Source: Candidatus Eiseniibacteriota bacterium (GTDB lineage Bacteria > Eisenbacteria > RBG-16-71-46 > SZUA-252). Taken from it: a stretch of DNA of 64,000 bases. The number at the start of each line of letters is the position of its first letter. Position 1 is the first letter of the stretch. Under the pieces are notes generated by a model that made no database searches, was not told where the DNA came from, and saw only the letters and a list, made by a program, of their open reading frames with translations. Location: contig JBBTHR010000019.1 of the NCBI GenBank assembly GCA_038060295.1, positions 1,582 to 65,581 on the forward strand. Reading direction: 5' to 3'. A program made the translations under genes and the position numbers. This document shows positions 31,317 to 41,781 of this stretch, piece after piece.

Positions 31317-32411
31317 CTATTCGGCCAAGGCCATCGGGGATGCCGCAGGGGCGGGGAACCAGTGCCGGGTCCGGTTACAGAAGGCGCAGACCGTGAGCAT
31401 GACCGGCACCTCCACGAGCACGCCGACGACGGTGGCGAGCGCGGCGCCGGAGTCGGGGCCGAAGAGCGTGATCGCCACCGCGACCGCCAGCTCGAAGAAG
31501 TTGCTCGCCCCGATGAGCGCTCCCGGCGCGGCCACGTTGTGCGGGATGCGGAACCACTTCATCAGCCCGTAGGCGAGGCCGGCGTTGAAGTAGACCTGGA
31601 TCAGGATCGGAACCGCGATCAGGAGAACGTGGAACCAGCGGCCGGTGATGTTGTCGGCCTGGAAGGCGAAGATCAGGACGAGCGTCGCGAGGAGCGCGAT
31701 CGTCGTGATCGGCTGAAAGAAGGGGAGGTAGACGCGCTCGAACCAGTCGCGCCCCTTCGTCCGAAGAAGCAGGACCCGGCTCAGGCTCCCGAGGGCGAGG
31801 GGGATGACGATGAACACCACGACGCTTGTGAGGAGCACCTGGAACGGCACCGTCAGGCTGCTCGCTCCCGCCACCAAGAGCCCGACGATCGGCGCGAAGA
31901 GCACCAGCATGATCAGGTCGTTGAGCGAGACCTGGACCAACGTGTAGGCCGGATCGCCGTCCGTGAGATACGACCAGACGAAGACCATCGCCGTGCACGG
32001 GGCCGCGGCGAGGATGATGGTTCCCGCGATGTATTGGTCGGCGAGTTCCGGGCCGATGAGCGGCAGGAAGAGGTGCTTGAAGAAGACCCATCCCAGGAGC
32101 GCCATCGAGAACGGCTTAACCAGCCAGTTGACGAAGAGCGTCACGAGGATTCCGCCCGGGCGTCGCCGGACGCCGAGAATGCTCGCGAAGTCGATCTTGA
32201 GCATCATGGGGTAGATCATCAGCCAGATGAGGAGCGCGATCGGCGCGTTGATCCGGCTCTTCTCGCCGAACTCCATCGCGCGTAGCGCGCCGACGGCGCC
32301 CGGCGCCAGCTTGCCGAGGAGCACGCCGGCCACCATGCAGAGCGCCACCCAGAGAGTCAGGTAGTTCTCGAAGAAGTTGAGGCGCTTCGCCGGCTTTGGC
32401 GAATCGGTCAT
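31317..32411 (-). CDS. acr3: Arsenite efflux transporter, ACR3 family
   Basis: MTDSPKPAKRLNFFENYLTLWVALCMVAGVLLG and a 10-TM profile typical of ACR3/ArsB(ACR3). Confidence 0.85.
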   Translation of the reverse strand: MTDSPKPAKRLNFFENYLTLWVALCMVAGVLLGKLAPGAVGALRAMEFGEKSRINAPIALLIWLMIYPMMLKIDFASILGVRRRPGGILVTLFVNWLVKPFSMALLGWVFFKHLFLPLIGPELADQYIAGTIILAAAPCTAMVFVWSYLTDGDPAYTLVQVSLNDLIMLVLFAPIVGLLVAGASSLTVPFQVLLTSVVVFIVIPLALGSLSRVLLLRTKGRDWFERVYLPFFQPITTIALLATLVLIFAFQADNITGRWFHVLLIAVPILIQVYFNAGLAYGLMKWFRIPHNVAAPGALIGASNFFELAVAVAITLFGPDSGAALATVVGVLVEVPVMLTVCAFCNRTRHWFPAPAASPMALAE

Positions 32412-32415
32412 CGCC

Positions 32416-32838
32416 TTACTCCGCCTTCTCGGCAGCGCGCGCGGCCGTCCCGATCAGCTTGTGGACCAGCCCCTCGATTCGATCCCGCACCGCGCGGAAT
32501 CCGTCGTCGTCCAGGTGCTTCGGGTCGGGGATGTCCCAATCGAGCCGGTGCCGCGCCGGGAGGTGGGGACAGGCGTCGCCGCAGCCCATGGTGACCACGT
32601 AGTCCCATCGCACGGCCGGCAAGTCGTCGAACCCCTTGGAGCGCTGGAGATTCAGATCGACGCCTTTCTCGGCCATGAATTCCGTCGCGCGGGGGTTCAC
32701 ATGCCCCGACGGGCGCGATCCCGCGCTATGGGCAATGACGCGATCGTGCCCCTGCGCGCGCGCGAAGCCTTCGGCCATCTGCGAACGGCAGGAGTTCTCG
32801 ACGCAGACGAAGAGAAGGGAGGGGGTCGCTTCAGACAC
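32416..32838 (-). CDS. arsC: Arsenate reductase, LMW-PTP/thioredoxin-coupled type
   Basis: The CVENSCRSQMAEG P-loop (CX5R) and the downstream Cys pair (GCGDACP) are present. Confidence 0.85.
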   Translation of the reverse strand: MSEATPSLLFVCVENSCRSQMAEGFARAQGHDRVIAHSAGSRPSGHVNPRATEFMAEKGVDLNLQRSKGFDDLPAVRWDYVVTMGCGDACPHLPARHRLDWDIPDPKHLDDDGFRAVRDRIEGLVHKLIGTAARAAEKAE

Positions 32839-33256
32839 GCGGGCGCTCCTTCCGGCGCGGGCGGTTCCGGTTCGGCGTGGTCATGGCCATCGCGCGGGCC
32901 GGCGTGGCCGCGCAAAGCTCCATGAGGGGAATGGCCTTGATCTCGCGGAGCCGCTTGCGGTCGGCGGCCACGGCCGGATCCCGGTCGAGCGGGCCGTGGA
33001 GCATCGCCAGGACGCGGTTTGCGTACGGGTTCCGGCCCTCGGTGGCGAGGGCGTACTCGATCCACTTTCCGTCTCGTTGGTCCGCGACGAGCCCGGCCGC
33101 CTTGAGGATCGCGAGATGCTTGGAAACGGTCGAGGGTGCGAGGCCGAGGACGGCCTGCACCTGGCAGACGCAGAGTCCGCCGCCCTCGAGAACTTTCAGG
33201 ATGCGCGTCCGCGTCGGATCGCCCGCGGCTTTCAGCGCCAGTTCGAAGTCACGCAT
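32831..33256 (-). CDS. arsR: ArsR/SmtB family metalloregulator
   Basis: Start assigned at MRDFELALKAAGDPTRTRILKVL. The wHTH domain and the As(III)-binding CVC motif (LCVCQVQAVLG) are present. Confidence 0.8.
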   Translation of the reverse strand: MRDFELALKAAGDPTRTRILKVLEGGGLCVCQVQAVLGLAPSTVSKHLAILKAAGLVADQRDGKWIEYALATEGRNPYANRVLAMLHGPLDRDPAVAADRKRLREIKAIPLMELCAATPARAMAMTTPNRNRPRRKERPRV

Positions 33257-33274
33257 GGAGGTTCCTTTCGTCAA

Positions 33275-33290
33275 TTCGTCACATGACGAA
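33275..33290. promoter_or_regulatory. 7-2-7 inverted repeat TTCGTCA-CA-TGACGAA; candidate ArsR operator
   Basis: Direct read. It lies 19 bp upstream of the arsR ATG, in the divergent arsR / M23-peptidase intergenic region. Confidence 0.3.
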
Positions 33291-33345
33291 GTGTACCGGT
33301 CGGGGCCGGAGCCGTCAACCGCGAGCCTGTGCTACAGTCCGGCAG

Positions 33346-35418
33346 ATGGTGCGATCGCGACAGACCTTCGTCACGTTCTTGACCGCGGTCGGGTCTCTCC
33401 TCGCGAGTTGTGTCCTTCCGCCGAGCGGCTCCGCGGGCTCGCCGGCGGAGCCGCGCCCCGCGTCGCCCGGCAGTAGCGTCGTCCGGCCGTCCCCCTTCGA
33501 GACACGACTGCACCGGTCTCCCCTCGGCACTTCCCTGATCGTCAATGGAGGATTCGGCGAGTACCGTGGCGGGCACTTCCACGCGGGGCTCGACCTCGGC
33601 ACCGGCCGCCGCACCGGGCGCCGGGTCCTCGCGCCGGAGAGCGGCTGGATCGAACGCGTGCGAAGCTCGGGCGTCGGCTACGGCCGCGCCCTGTATCTCC
33701 GTACTCGGGACGACCGCACCCTCGAGTTCGGCCATCTCGACGCGTTCGCCGGGCCGCTTGCCGCCTTCGTAGAGCACGCGCAGGACTCGACCGCCCACTA
33801 CGAGCAGGACCTAGGGCCGCCCCGGGGGCGTTTCCCGGTGCGCGCGGGGGACGTCATCGCCTGGTCCGGAGAGAGCGGGGCGGGAGGGCCGCACTTACAT
33901 TTCGAAATCCGACGAGGCGACGTGGCCTACAACCCGGTCCGCGCGGGACTCTCCCTCCCCGATCGAGTTCCGCCCACGCTCCTCGAACTCACACTTGAGC
34001 CGCTCGACAACGTCTCTCAGGTCGAGGGTCGTTACGGGCCCTACACGCTGGATCTCGCCCGCACGGATACCGTGAGTGCGATGGGGCGGATGCGAGCCAT
34101 TGTCAGGGCGCGCGACCAGACCTCACGCGGCGGAGCGCGTACGGTGCCCTGGAGCGTCGGCATGGAATGGAACGGCCGCCGCACGGAATGCCGGTTCGAC
34201 AGCGTCTCGTGGGCCAGCGACATGCCCGAGGCCGACTACGTCTACGATGCCGGCCGCGTCACCGGTAGGAAGGGACTCGTGCTCTGGGCCGCCGCCGGGT
34301 TTCGCCCTCGCGTCCTGCGTGCCGACGCGCCGATCGGCGAGGAGGCGGGAACGGTTGAGATCCGGCTGGGAGATCCGCCGCGTGCGCTCCTCGTTTGGGC
34401 ACGAGATCTGGGAGGCCGCGTGGTCAAGCGGCGCGTTGTCGTCCGCCCGGGAAAGCTTCCACCGCAGGCGAATCCCGGATGGTGGCGCGGCGAGGAGCCG
34501 TGGGACAGCACCGCGGCCGGATTCGCTTCGTTTCCGGGAGGGTTCCTTCGGATCGGTGTGCCGGTTCAGACGGCGAAGAACGGACTCGAGCTTCAGCTAG
34601 GCGACGAGGCGCGGCGCGCGACTCGGAGCGACGGCGTCTGGTCCGCGACCTTCGCGGTATCCCAGGAAGCCCGCGCCCGGACGATGCGCCTGCCGATCGC
34701 TCTCCGCGCCCAGGATCCCGCCGCGGCCGCGGTGGGGCGCGGCGGCTTCGTATGGGCGAGGCACGCCTCCGCCGCGGACTCGTTCGAACTCGCGGACGAG
34801 TCGGGTGAAGTGCGAGTAGGACTCGCCTCCGGAGCTCTCTTCGAAGATGCGACCCTGCTGGCCTTCGCCCTTACAGTGAGCGCGCCGACCGGCCTTGTTT
34901 CGGTGGGTCGCGCCTGGCAAGTGGAGCCAGGGACACTCCCGCTTCGCCGCGCCGCTAGGATCGCGATCGCGGCGCCCGCCGGCGCTCCCATCGACCGGAT
35001 TGGCCTCTACCGACTCGATGCCGGCAAGTGGCAGTGGATCGGCGCGCGGCTCGACCCGGAGACGCGCGCGGTGAGGGGCGATTCGCGGCGGTTGGGGGGC
35101 TTCGCCCTCTTCCGGGACGAAGTCGGGCCGCGAATCACGCTCCTGCAGCCGGCCGCCGCGTCGGTGAAGAACCGTCCGTACAGCCGCTGGTCCGTCGAGG
35201 CGACGGTGGCCGAAGAAGGAAGCGGCATCGATGCGGTGAACTCGTACTTCGAGCTCGACGGTGGGCGCGTTCCGACCGAGTGGGATCCCGATGTGGATCG
35301 CCTCCGTTGGCGGCCCCTCGAGCCCCCGGCGCCGGGGACGCACGCCGTCGTCATGGTCGCCGCGGACCGCGCCGGGAACACGACCCGCGCGACGGGCACA
35401 TTTCGGATGGGGCCATGA
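33346..35418 (+). CDS. M23-family metallopeptidase lipoprotein with a large C-terminal beta-rich extension
   Basis: Start assigned at MVRSRQTF with a lipobox (LLASC). The M23 motifs HFHAGLDLG and GGPHLHFEI are present. Confidence 0.7.
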   Translation: MVRSRQTFVTFLTAVGSLLASCVLPPSGSAGSPAEPRPASPGSSVVRPSPFETRLHRSPLGTSLIVNGGFGEYRGGHFHAGLDLGTGRRTGRRVLAPESGWIERVRSSGVGYGRALYLRTRDDRTLEFGHLDAFAGPLAAFVEHAQDSTAHYEQDLGPPRGRFPVRAGDVIAWSGESGAGGPHLHFEIRRGDVAYNPVRAGLSLPDRVPPTLLELTLEPLDNVSQVEGRYGPYTLDLARTDTVSAMGRMRAIVRARDQTSRGGARTVPWSVGMEWNGRRTECRFDSVSWASDMPEADYVYDAGRVTGRKGLVLWAAAGFRPRVLRADAPIGEEAGTVEIRLGDPPRALLVWARDLGGRVVKRRVVVRPGKLPPQANPGWWRGEEPWDSTAAGFASFPGGFLRIGVPVQTAKNGLELQLGDEARRATRSDGVWSATFAVSQEARARTMRLPIALRAQDPAAAAVGRGGFVWARHASAADSFELADESGEVRVGLASGALFEDATLLAFALTVSAPTGLVSVGRAWQVEPGTLPLRRAARIAIAAPAGAPIDRIGLYRLDAGKWQWIGARLDPETRAVRGDSRRLGGFALFRDEVGPRITLLQPAAASVKNRPYSRWSVEATVAEEGSGIDAVNSYFELDGGRVPTEWDPDVDRLRWRPLEPPAPGTHAVVMVAADRAGNTTRATGTFRMGP

Positions 35419-35532
35419 AAGCGAAAACGCTGGCCGGCTACAAGATCACCCGCTGACATCCAGGGTAGTTCGCGGCTAAAGTCGTCGTTCATGCCGAACA
35501 TCGTCGGATCCGCTCGCTGACTGGAGGATTTC

Positions 35533-37068
35533 TTGAAGGCCTATGACGCACTGAAAGTACGCCTGCTCGAGGTGGACGATCTCAACCGGGCGGCGGCCGT
35601 GCTCCAATGGGATCAGGCCACCTACATGCCCCCCGGCGGCGCGCCCGCTCGCGGCCGCCAGACCGCAACGTTGTCGAGGCTCGCGCACGAGCAGTTCACC
35701 GCGGCCGAGACGGGCCGGCTCCTCGATGCCACGGCGAAGGAGACCGAATCGCTCCCCTTCGATTCGGACGAGGCGTCGCTCGTGCGGGTCACCCGCCGGT
35801 ACTGGGATCTGGCGGTGCGCCGACCGTCCAGCCTCGTGGCCGAGTTCCAGGCGCACGAGGCCGAAAGCTATCAGGCGTGGACCGTCGCGCGGCCGGCGAA
35901 CGATTTCGCCAGCGTCCGGCCTCTCCTGGAGAAGACGCTCGAGCTGTCGCGGCGCACCGCCGAATGCTACCCGGGCTACGACCACATCGCCGACCCCCTG
36001 ATCGACTTCTCGGACTACGGCATGAAGGCCGCCTCGGTGAGGAAGCTATTCGCCGAGCTGCGCAGCAGGCTGGTGCCGATGGTGCGGGCCATCACGTCGC
36101 GCCCGGTGGCCGACGGCTCGTGCCTCCTCCAGCACGCTCCCGCCGCCGAGCAACTGGCCTTCGGGCTCGATGTGATCCGCTGTTTCGGATACGACTTTGA
36201 GCGGGGGCGGCAGGACCTGACCCATCATCCGTTCCAGACCACGTTCTCGTCCGGGGACGTGCGCATCACGACTCGCGTGCGCGAGGACGACATCACCGAC
36301 GCGCTCTTCTCCACGCTGCACGAATCCGGCCACGCGCTCTACGAGCAGGGCGTAGACCCGCGCTTCGAGGGCACGCCGCTCGCGCACGGCACGTCGGCGG
36401 GCGTGCACGAGAGCCAGTCCCGCCTCTGGGAGAACCTGGTGGGCCGGAGCCGCGGGTTCTGGGAGCACTTCTACCCGCGGCTTCAGGAGTCCTTTCCGGC
36501 CCAGCTTAAGGGCATCGCACTCGACACGTTCTACCGGGCGGTCAACCGCGTGGAGCGCTCGCTCATTCGCGTGGATGCCGACGAGGTGACGTACAACCTC
36601 CACGTCATGCTTCGATTCGATCTCGAGCTCGATCTGCTGGAGGGCAAGCTTGCCGTGAAAGACCTGGCGCGCGTCTGGCGCGAGCGCGTCGAGGCCGACC
36701 TCGGCCGGCCCGTGCCGGACGATCGGAACGGCGTGCTCCAGGACGTCCACTGGTTCGCGGGGCGAATCGGGGGCGTGTTCCAGGGCTACACGCTCGGCAA
36801 CATCCTCTCGGCGCAGTTCTACGACGCGGCTCTTCGCGCGAATCCGGGTATTCCGGGTGACATCTGCAGGGGCGAGTTCGCGCCGCTCCACGGCTGGCTC
36901 AAGGAAAACATCTACCGCCACGGGGCCAAGTTCACGGCGCCGGAGTTGGTGAAGCGCGTGACCGGCAGCGATCTCACGATCGAGCCCTACCTTGACTATC
37001 TCTGGGGCAAGTATCAGCCGCTCTATGGCCTACGCGAGGAAGAGCGCCAACCGGCCGGCGTGGCCTGA
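35533..37068 (+). CDS. M32 carboxypeptidase (Taq-type)
   Basis: The HESGHALYEQG (HExxH) and HEAESYQAW motifs are present. The TTG start is preceded by GGAGGA. Confidence 0.85.
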   Translation: MKAYDALKVRLLEVDDLNRAAAVLQWDQATYMPPGGAPARGRQTATLSRLAHEQFTAAETGRLLDATAKETESLPFDSDEASLVRVTRRYWDLAVRRPSSLVAEFQAHEAESYQAWTVARPANDFASVRPLLEKTLELSRRTAECYPGYDHIADPLIDFSDYGMKAASVRKLFAELRSRLVPMVRAITSRPVADGSCLLQHAPAAEQLAFGLDVIRCFGYDFERGRQDLTHHPFQTTFSSGDVRITTRVREDDITDALFSTLHESGHALYEQGVDPRFEGTPLAHGTSAGVHESQSRLWENLVGRSRGFWEHFYPRLQESFPAQLKGIALDTFYRAVNRVERSLIRVDADEVTYNLHVMLRFDLELDLLEGKLAVKDLARVWRERVEADLGRPVPDDRNGVLQDVHWFAGRIGGVFQGYTLGNILSAQFYDAALRANPGIPGDICRGEFAPLHGWLKENIYRHGAKFTAPELVKRVTGSDLTIEPYLDYLWGKYQPLYGLREEERQPAGVA

Positions 37069-37128
37069 GGGTCGCGGGGGCCTCGACGCCGCGGGGGAAT
37101 CGAAGGCGGATAGGAGGAGGTTCACCGA

Positions 37129-38094
37129 ATGAAAAGCGTCACCGCGCTCCACCATGTCACCGCCATCGCCGGTCCCGCCCAGGAGAACCTCGATTTCTAC
37201 GCGGGCGTCCTCGGGATGAGGCTGGTGAAGCGGAGCGTCAACCAGGACGACCCCGGGACGTACCACCTCTTCTACGCCGACGCGGAAGGGCACGCCGGGA
37301 CCGACCTGACGTTTTTCCCTTGGCCGGAACTCGCGCCCCCACGTCCGGGCCACGGAATGTCCAACGAGGTCGCGCTCGCGATCCCAGCGGGGAGCCTTGT
37401 GTGGTGGGGAGAGCGGCTTTCGCGCTACGGCGCCGCCGTGGGTGCGACCGAGACGCGCTTTGGGGAGAAGGCGCTCCCCTTCGCCGATCCGCACGGCCTG
37501 CGCGTCGCCCTCGTGGAGACCGAGGAGCCGTCGCATCGTTCGTTCATCGCGTATGAGGCAAGCCCCGTCCCGCCCGAGCGCCAGATCCGTGGTCTTCACG
37601 GCGCCCGGATGCTGGAGCGGGCTCTCGCTCCGACGGCGTCGTTCCTGGAAGAGGTGATGGGATTCCGGCGCGTGGGGACGGAGGGATCGTGGCACCGCTA
37701 TGCGCTGCCGGCGGGCGGATCGGGGACCCTGCTCGACGTCGCCGAGTCGCCGAACACCCCGCGCGGCATCTGGGGCATCGGCGCGATTCACCACCTTGCA
37801 TGGCGCGTGGACGACGACGAACATGAACTCGCGGTGCGCGAGCGGATCGAGGCGGCCGGTGCGAGGCCGACGCCGGTGATCGATCGGTTCTGGTTCCGGT
37901 CGGTCTACTTCAAGGAGCCGGGCGGCGTGCTCTTCGAACTGGCCACCGACGGTCCGGGCTTCGGCGTGGACGAGGAGACCGCGCACCTCGGCGAGAAACT
38001 GGTGCTGCCGCCGTGGCTGGAGCCGCGCCGCGCGCAGATCGAGTCCGCGCTCCCCCCGCTCGCCATGCCGAACGCGGCCGAAACGTCCAGATAG
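37129..38094 (+). CDS. Two-domain VOC (glyoxalase/ring-cleaving dioxygenase) family protein
   Basis: Tandem beta-alpha-beta-beta-beta modules (HHVTAIAGPAQENLDFY and IHHLAWRVDDDEHE). Confidence 0.65.
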   Translation: MKSVTALHHVTAIAGPAQENLDFYAGVLGMRLVKRSVNQDDPGTYHLFYADAEGHAGTDLTFFPWPELAPPRPGHGMSNEVALAIPAGSLVWWGERLSRYGAAVGATETRFGEKALPFADPHGLRVALVETEEPSHRSFIAYEASPVPPERQIRGLHGARMLERALAPTASFLEEVMGFRRVGTEGSWHRYALPAGGSGTLLDVAESPNTPRGIWGIGAIHHLAWRVDDDEHELAVRERIEAAGARPTPVIDRFWFRSVYFKEPGGVLFELATDGPGFGVDEETAHLGEKLVLPPWLEPRRAQIESALPPLAMPNAAETSR

Positions 38095-38130
38095 ACCGAG
38101 AGGGCACGTTCGGCGTGACCGGCATGGCCC

Positions 38131-40731
38131 TCAGGCCGTTCTCGAAGTCGCAGTTTGCCCGATTGCCTGGACAAGTCGATCGGTCGCAGCAATGACTCGG
38201 TCGAGCGCCACTGTGGCCGCATCGAGGCGGCCTTCCTCGGCCAGGGCTTCGAGAGCCGCCGCCGCCGCCGACAATTCACGTCCACCGATCGCTGCGGCGC
38301 TTCCCTTGAGTGCGTGGGCAGTGAAACGGAGACCATCACCATCTCCGGTGCTTAGGGCCGCACGCAATGCGGAGATCCTCTTTGGAAGATCGGTGCTAAA
38401 GTCACGAAGGAGTTCGTCCACGAAGCTACGGTCTTGCCCGACGAGATCCGCGAGGGCGTCGAGCTGCAGCACATCTTCGACTTGTCCAGTAGGGTGGATT
38501 GCAGCACCGCGTCCAACCGCAGTGTGCCCGCCCCAGATCCGAAGCACCTCCAGGAGCTGGCGCGCGTCCACGGGCTTCGAGACATAGTCGTCCATGCCGG
38601 CGGCAAGACAACGCTCCCGGTCTCCCTGCAACGCCCGGGCGGTCATCGCGATGATCGGCGTGTGGCGATCGGTATTCTCTTCATGCCGCCGAATGGCCTG
38701 GGTCGCGTGGAGACCGTCCATCTCTGGCATCTCGACGTCCATCAGCACCAGATCGTACGGCGCCAACGCCAGCGCATGAATCGCTTCCGCTCCGTTCGCC
38801 ACGGCCTCGGCACGGCAGCCCCACCGCTCGAGAATACGCAGGGCCAGCTTTCGATTGACGACGTGGTCCTCGGCAACCAGCACGCGCAGTCCGAGGGACG
38901 CTGCCGGGGTGGCGCCGGGGATGGTCTGCGCCACCTCCGCTGGGGATGAGCCCTTCGGTCTCACCGCCGTCACGACAATCTTCGACAACTGTGAGCGGTG
39001 GACTGGTTTCATCAGTATCGCGGTGAAGAGTGCGGCATCCGCTTCCGCCAGCCGTCCGATTCGCACGGAAGAGAGCAGTACGATCGGGATCGTGGCGAAC
39101 CTGGGGACACTGCGGATCGCCCGCGCGGTTTCGAGGCCATTCATTCCCGGCATGTGCATGTCGAGCAGAACGAGTCCGAAAGGATCTTCCTCCTGGGCCG
39201 AACCCAGGCACTGCAGGGCCAGGACACCATCCTCGGCCTGCTCCGTGCGACAGCCCGAAGCCCGCAGCTGGTCGGCCAGCACACGTCGATTCGTGGTGTT
39301 GTCGTCCACCACGAGAACTCGCACGGGACCGATGGGAATCGACTCGTCGATCGACGTTTCGATCGGGCTGGTCGAGCGCGAAAACGGAATCTCGACCCAG
39401 AACGTGCTGCCACGGCCGGGCTCGCTTTCGACCCCGATCCGGCCTCCCATCATCTCGGCGAGCCGCCCGCTGACCGTGAGCCCGAGCCCGGTGCCACCAT
39501 ACCGGCGCGTCGTCCCGGCCTCGGCCTGGGTGAAGCTCTCGAAGATCGCCTCGTGCCTGTCCTTGGGAATCCCGATGCCGGTGTCGCGCACGAGGAGGCG
39601 CAGCAACGCCACCGCATCACGCTCCGACACCAGCTCCACCTCGATGGCCACCTCGCCGAGAGAGGTGAACTTGATGGCGTTGCCCGCGAGATTGACGAGG
39701 ATCTGCCGCAATCGGCCCGCGTCGCCCCGGAGGCGTTCAGGCACATGTTGTGGCACCACGCACACGAGTTCCAGGCTCTTCTCCTGCGCCTGGCTGCTGA
39801 GCAGGTCCGCCACCTCCTCGTACAGCGCGCGCAAATCGAAGTCTTCGTTTTCGATGGTCATCTTGCCCGCTTCGAGCTTCGAGTAGTCCAGGATCTCGTT
39901 GATGATGCCGAGCAAGGCATCGGCGCTGCCACGGATCGTGGTGACGTAGTCGAGCTGCTCCGGGGAGAGCGGCGTGTCGAGGAGAAGGCCGGTCATGCCC
40001 ACCACGCCGTTCATCGGCGTGCGGATCTCGTGGCTCATGCTGGCGAGGAACTCCGCCTTCGCCAGCAGGGCACGGTCCGCAGCATCCTTCGCCGCGGCCA
40101 ATTCGATCGCCTGCCGCTGGAGACGCTCTGCGTGCTGGTCAGCCTGTAAGCGGGCCTCGTTCGCTTCCGCCAGGGCCTGAGAAAGCTTCTCACGGGCCTT
40201 CCTACGCTCGGTGACGTCGCGCAGGATGGCGAATGCGGTCCAACCCTGATTGGAACCGAATGTCCCCATCGTCAGGTCCGTGGTGAATAGGGATCCGTCC
40301 CGTCGCACCGAGGGCACTTCGTCGATCGCGCGCGGGAACCTCCCTTGAGGATCGCGCATGTCCAACGTGAAGATCTGGCGGTGCCGGTCGCGCTCGGACG
40401 CGGCGATGAGTGTGTCGAAGGGACGGCCGACGATCTCGTGTTCCTCCCAGCCGAAGAGGTGGGTGGCTGCGGGGTTGAAGGAGCCAATCAGGCCGTCCGC
40501 TCGTGCCGTGACGATGGCGTCCGGCGAGGCGTGGACCAGCGCGCGTGCACGGGCCGATTCCCGGAGCGCGAGCGATCGGATCGGGCGCAGTACGATGAGC
40601 CACAGCACGGGAGCCAGCACGCTACCGAGGATGAGCGCGTCCAGGAGGGAGCACAGCCACTCGGGCAGCGAGGGGGCGACGTGGCCCATGACCGCCATGA
40701 TGAGGAGTTCCGTGGCGACGATGGTTCCCAT
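38131..40731 (-). CDS. Hybrid sensor histidine kinase with the domain order TM-PAS-HisKA-HATPase-REC-REC-Hpt
   Basis: The motifs are SHEIRTPMNGV, GTGLGLTVS, two D-boxes (LLDMHMPGMNG and LMDVEMPEMDG) and a C-terminal Hpt (FTAHALKGSAAAIG). The start is placed at MGTIVATELL because the Arg-rich 44 aa upstream look non-coding. Confidence 0.75.
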   Translation of the reverse strand: MGTIVATELLIMAVMGHVAPSLPEWLCSLLDALILGSVLAPVLWLIVLRPIRSLALRESARARALVHASPDAIVTARADGLIGSFNPAATHLFGWEEHEIVGRPFDTLIAASERDRHRQIFTLDMRDPQGRFPRAIDEVPSVRRDGSLFTTDLTMGTFGSNQGWTAFAILRDVTERRKAREKLSQALAEANEARLQADQHAERLQRQAIELAAAKDAADRALLAKAEFLASMSHEIRTPMNGVVGMTGLLLDTPLSPEQLDYVTTIRGSADALLGIINEILDYSKLEAGKMTIENEDFDLRALYEEVADLLSSQAQEKSLELVCVVPQHVPERLRGDAGRLRQILVNLAGNAIKFTSLGEVAIEVELVSERDAVALLRLLVRDTGIGIPKDRHEAIFESFTQAEAGTTRRYGGTGLGLTVSGRLAEMMGGRIGVESEPGRGSTFWVEIPFSRSTSPIETSIDESIPIGPVRVLVVDDNTTNRRVLADQLRASGCRTEQAEDGVLALQCLGSAQEEDPFGLVLLDMHMPGMNGLETARAIRSVPRFATIPIVLLSSVRIGRLAEADAALFTAILMKPVHRSQLSKIVVTAVRPKGSSPAEVAQTIPGATPAASLGLRVLVAEDHVVNRKLALRILERWGCRAEAVANGAEAIHALALAPYDLVLMDVEMPEMDGLHATQAIRRHEENTDRHTPIIAMTARALQGDRERCLAAGMDDYVSKPVDARQLLEVLRIWGGHTAVGRGAAIHPTGQVEDVLQLDALADLVGQDRSFVDELLRDFSTDLPKRISALRAALSTGDGDGLRFTAHALKGSAAAIGGRELSAAAAALEALAEEGRLDAATVALDRVIAATDRLVQAIGQTATSRTA

Positions 40732-41010
40732 CGCGACGAAGAACGATCGCTTGGCGGACAGGAAGCGGCCAGGTTGACGCACTCGGACTCTCCTCCATCG
40801 CTGAGGGACCCGGGTGACGTACTGGCCCCGTCCGCGCGGGCGGCGGGAGGACAGCAAGCGCAACCCATGAGCCGGTTCAATACTTCCTGTCAGGTTCGGC
40901 GCGCGGGGGCGTGTTCTTTAGAGGCATTGTCGGCGACCTCGCGCGGCAGAACGCGGAGGCGAAGCCGATTCGCTGCCGGTGGCGCTGGAGGTAGCCGCCC
41001 CGCGCCCGCG

Positions 41011-41781
41011 CTAACGGGGCGAGACGGTAAGGCTAAGGACCCAGCCGGGCTTGGTCGCTTCCGCGTCCCGGAAGTCCCGATTCTCCCAAGACCAGAGCCG
41101 AGTGAGGGAAGGCTGCAGCGCAAACCGCCCCCACGCGGCCGTCACGCCTACGCCGGTCTCGAGGCCGGATATCCCCGTCATCTGGTAGTAGTGCTCATGG
41201 ACGTAAAGTTTCGATGTGAGCCCCAAGGAGGCCTTGGAGCCGGACAATTCGTGACCCAAGCCGAACGCCCAGTAGCGTCCGCGTCCCTGGTCGACGTCCC
41301 AGTGGACGCTCACCGAGGGCTGGAGCGGCGCGTCGAGGGAGAGGTCAGCGAATACTTCCTGCGATGACTTCCAATCGGGGCGGTTCGGATAGTCCAGGTA
41401 CACGTAGCCGAGGGCTCCGGAGAGCGGCCCGCGCCCCCAATCCCTCTGGACCGTTCCGTCCACTTCGTTCAGCTCGCCACGCGTCTGGTCGAGATTCCCC
41501 CACACGCTCAGCGAGAAGCGATTCAGCCCGCACGTCACCTGAGGCTGGAGCACGGGTCGGCCCTCACTGTAGTCGAGTCCCTGGAACGAGTACCTGGATG
41601 CATAGGTCGCGCTCCATTCGATCCGCGGCCCGGGCTGGGGCGAATCGGCGTCGCGGGGCGTATCCGCGGGGTAGGCGGATCCGGTGCCGTCCTCAAGGCG
41701 GTAGGGCGCGGCCTCCGCCGCGGCGGTCCCGCACAGGATTGTGACGGTGACCAGGAAACGGGCGATCGCGTGCGGGTTCAT
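41011..41781 (-). CDS. Putative outer-membrane beta-barrel protein, secreted
   Basis: A signal peptide (MNPHAIARFLVTVTILCGTAAAEA) and alternating amphipathic strands rich in Tyr, Trp and Gly. The ATG overlaps the TGA of the upstream kinase (ATGA). Confidence 0.45.
   Translation of the reverse strand: MNPHAIARFLVTVTILCGTAAAEAAPYRLEDGTGSAYPADTPRDADSPQPGPRIEWSATYASRYSFQGLDYSEGRPVLQPQVTCGLNRFSLSVWGNLDQTRGELNEVDGTVQRDWGRGPLSGALGYVYLDYPNRPDWKSSQEVFADLSLDAPLQPSVSVHWDVDQGRGRYWAFGLGHELSGSKASLGLTSKLYVHEHYYQMTGISGLETGVGVTAAWGRFALQPSLTRLWSWENRDFRDAEATKPGWVLSLTVSPR

Noticed and set aside
38131-40863. TTG start with a 44-aa Arg-rich N-terminus on the hybrid kinase.
   Set aside because: The extension has no hydrophobic or domain character. 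A start at 40731 (MGTIVATELL, first TM) is preferred, but this is uncertain.
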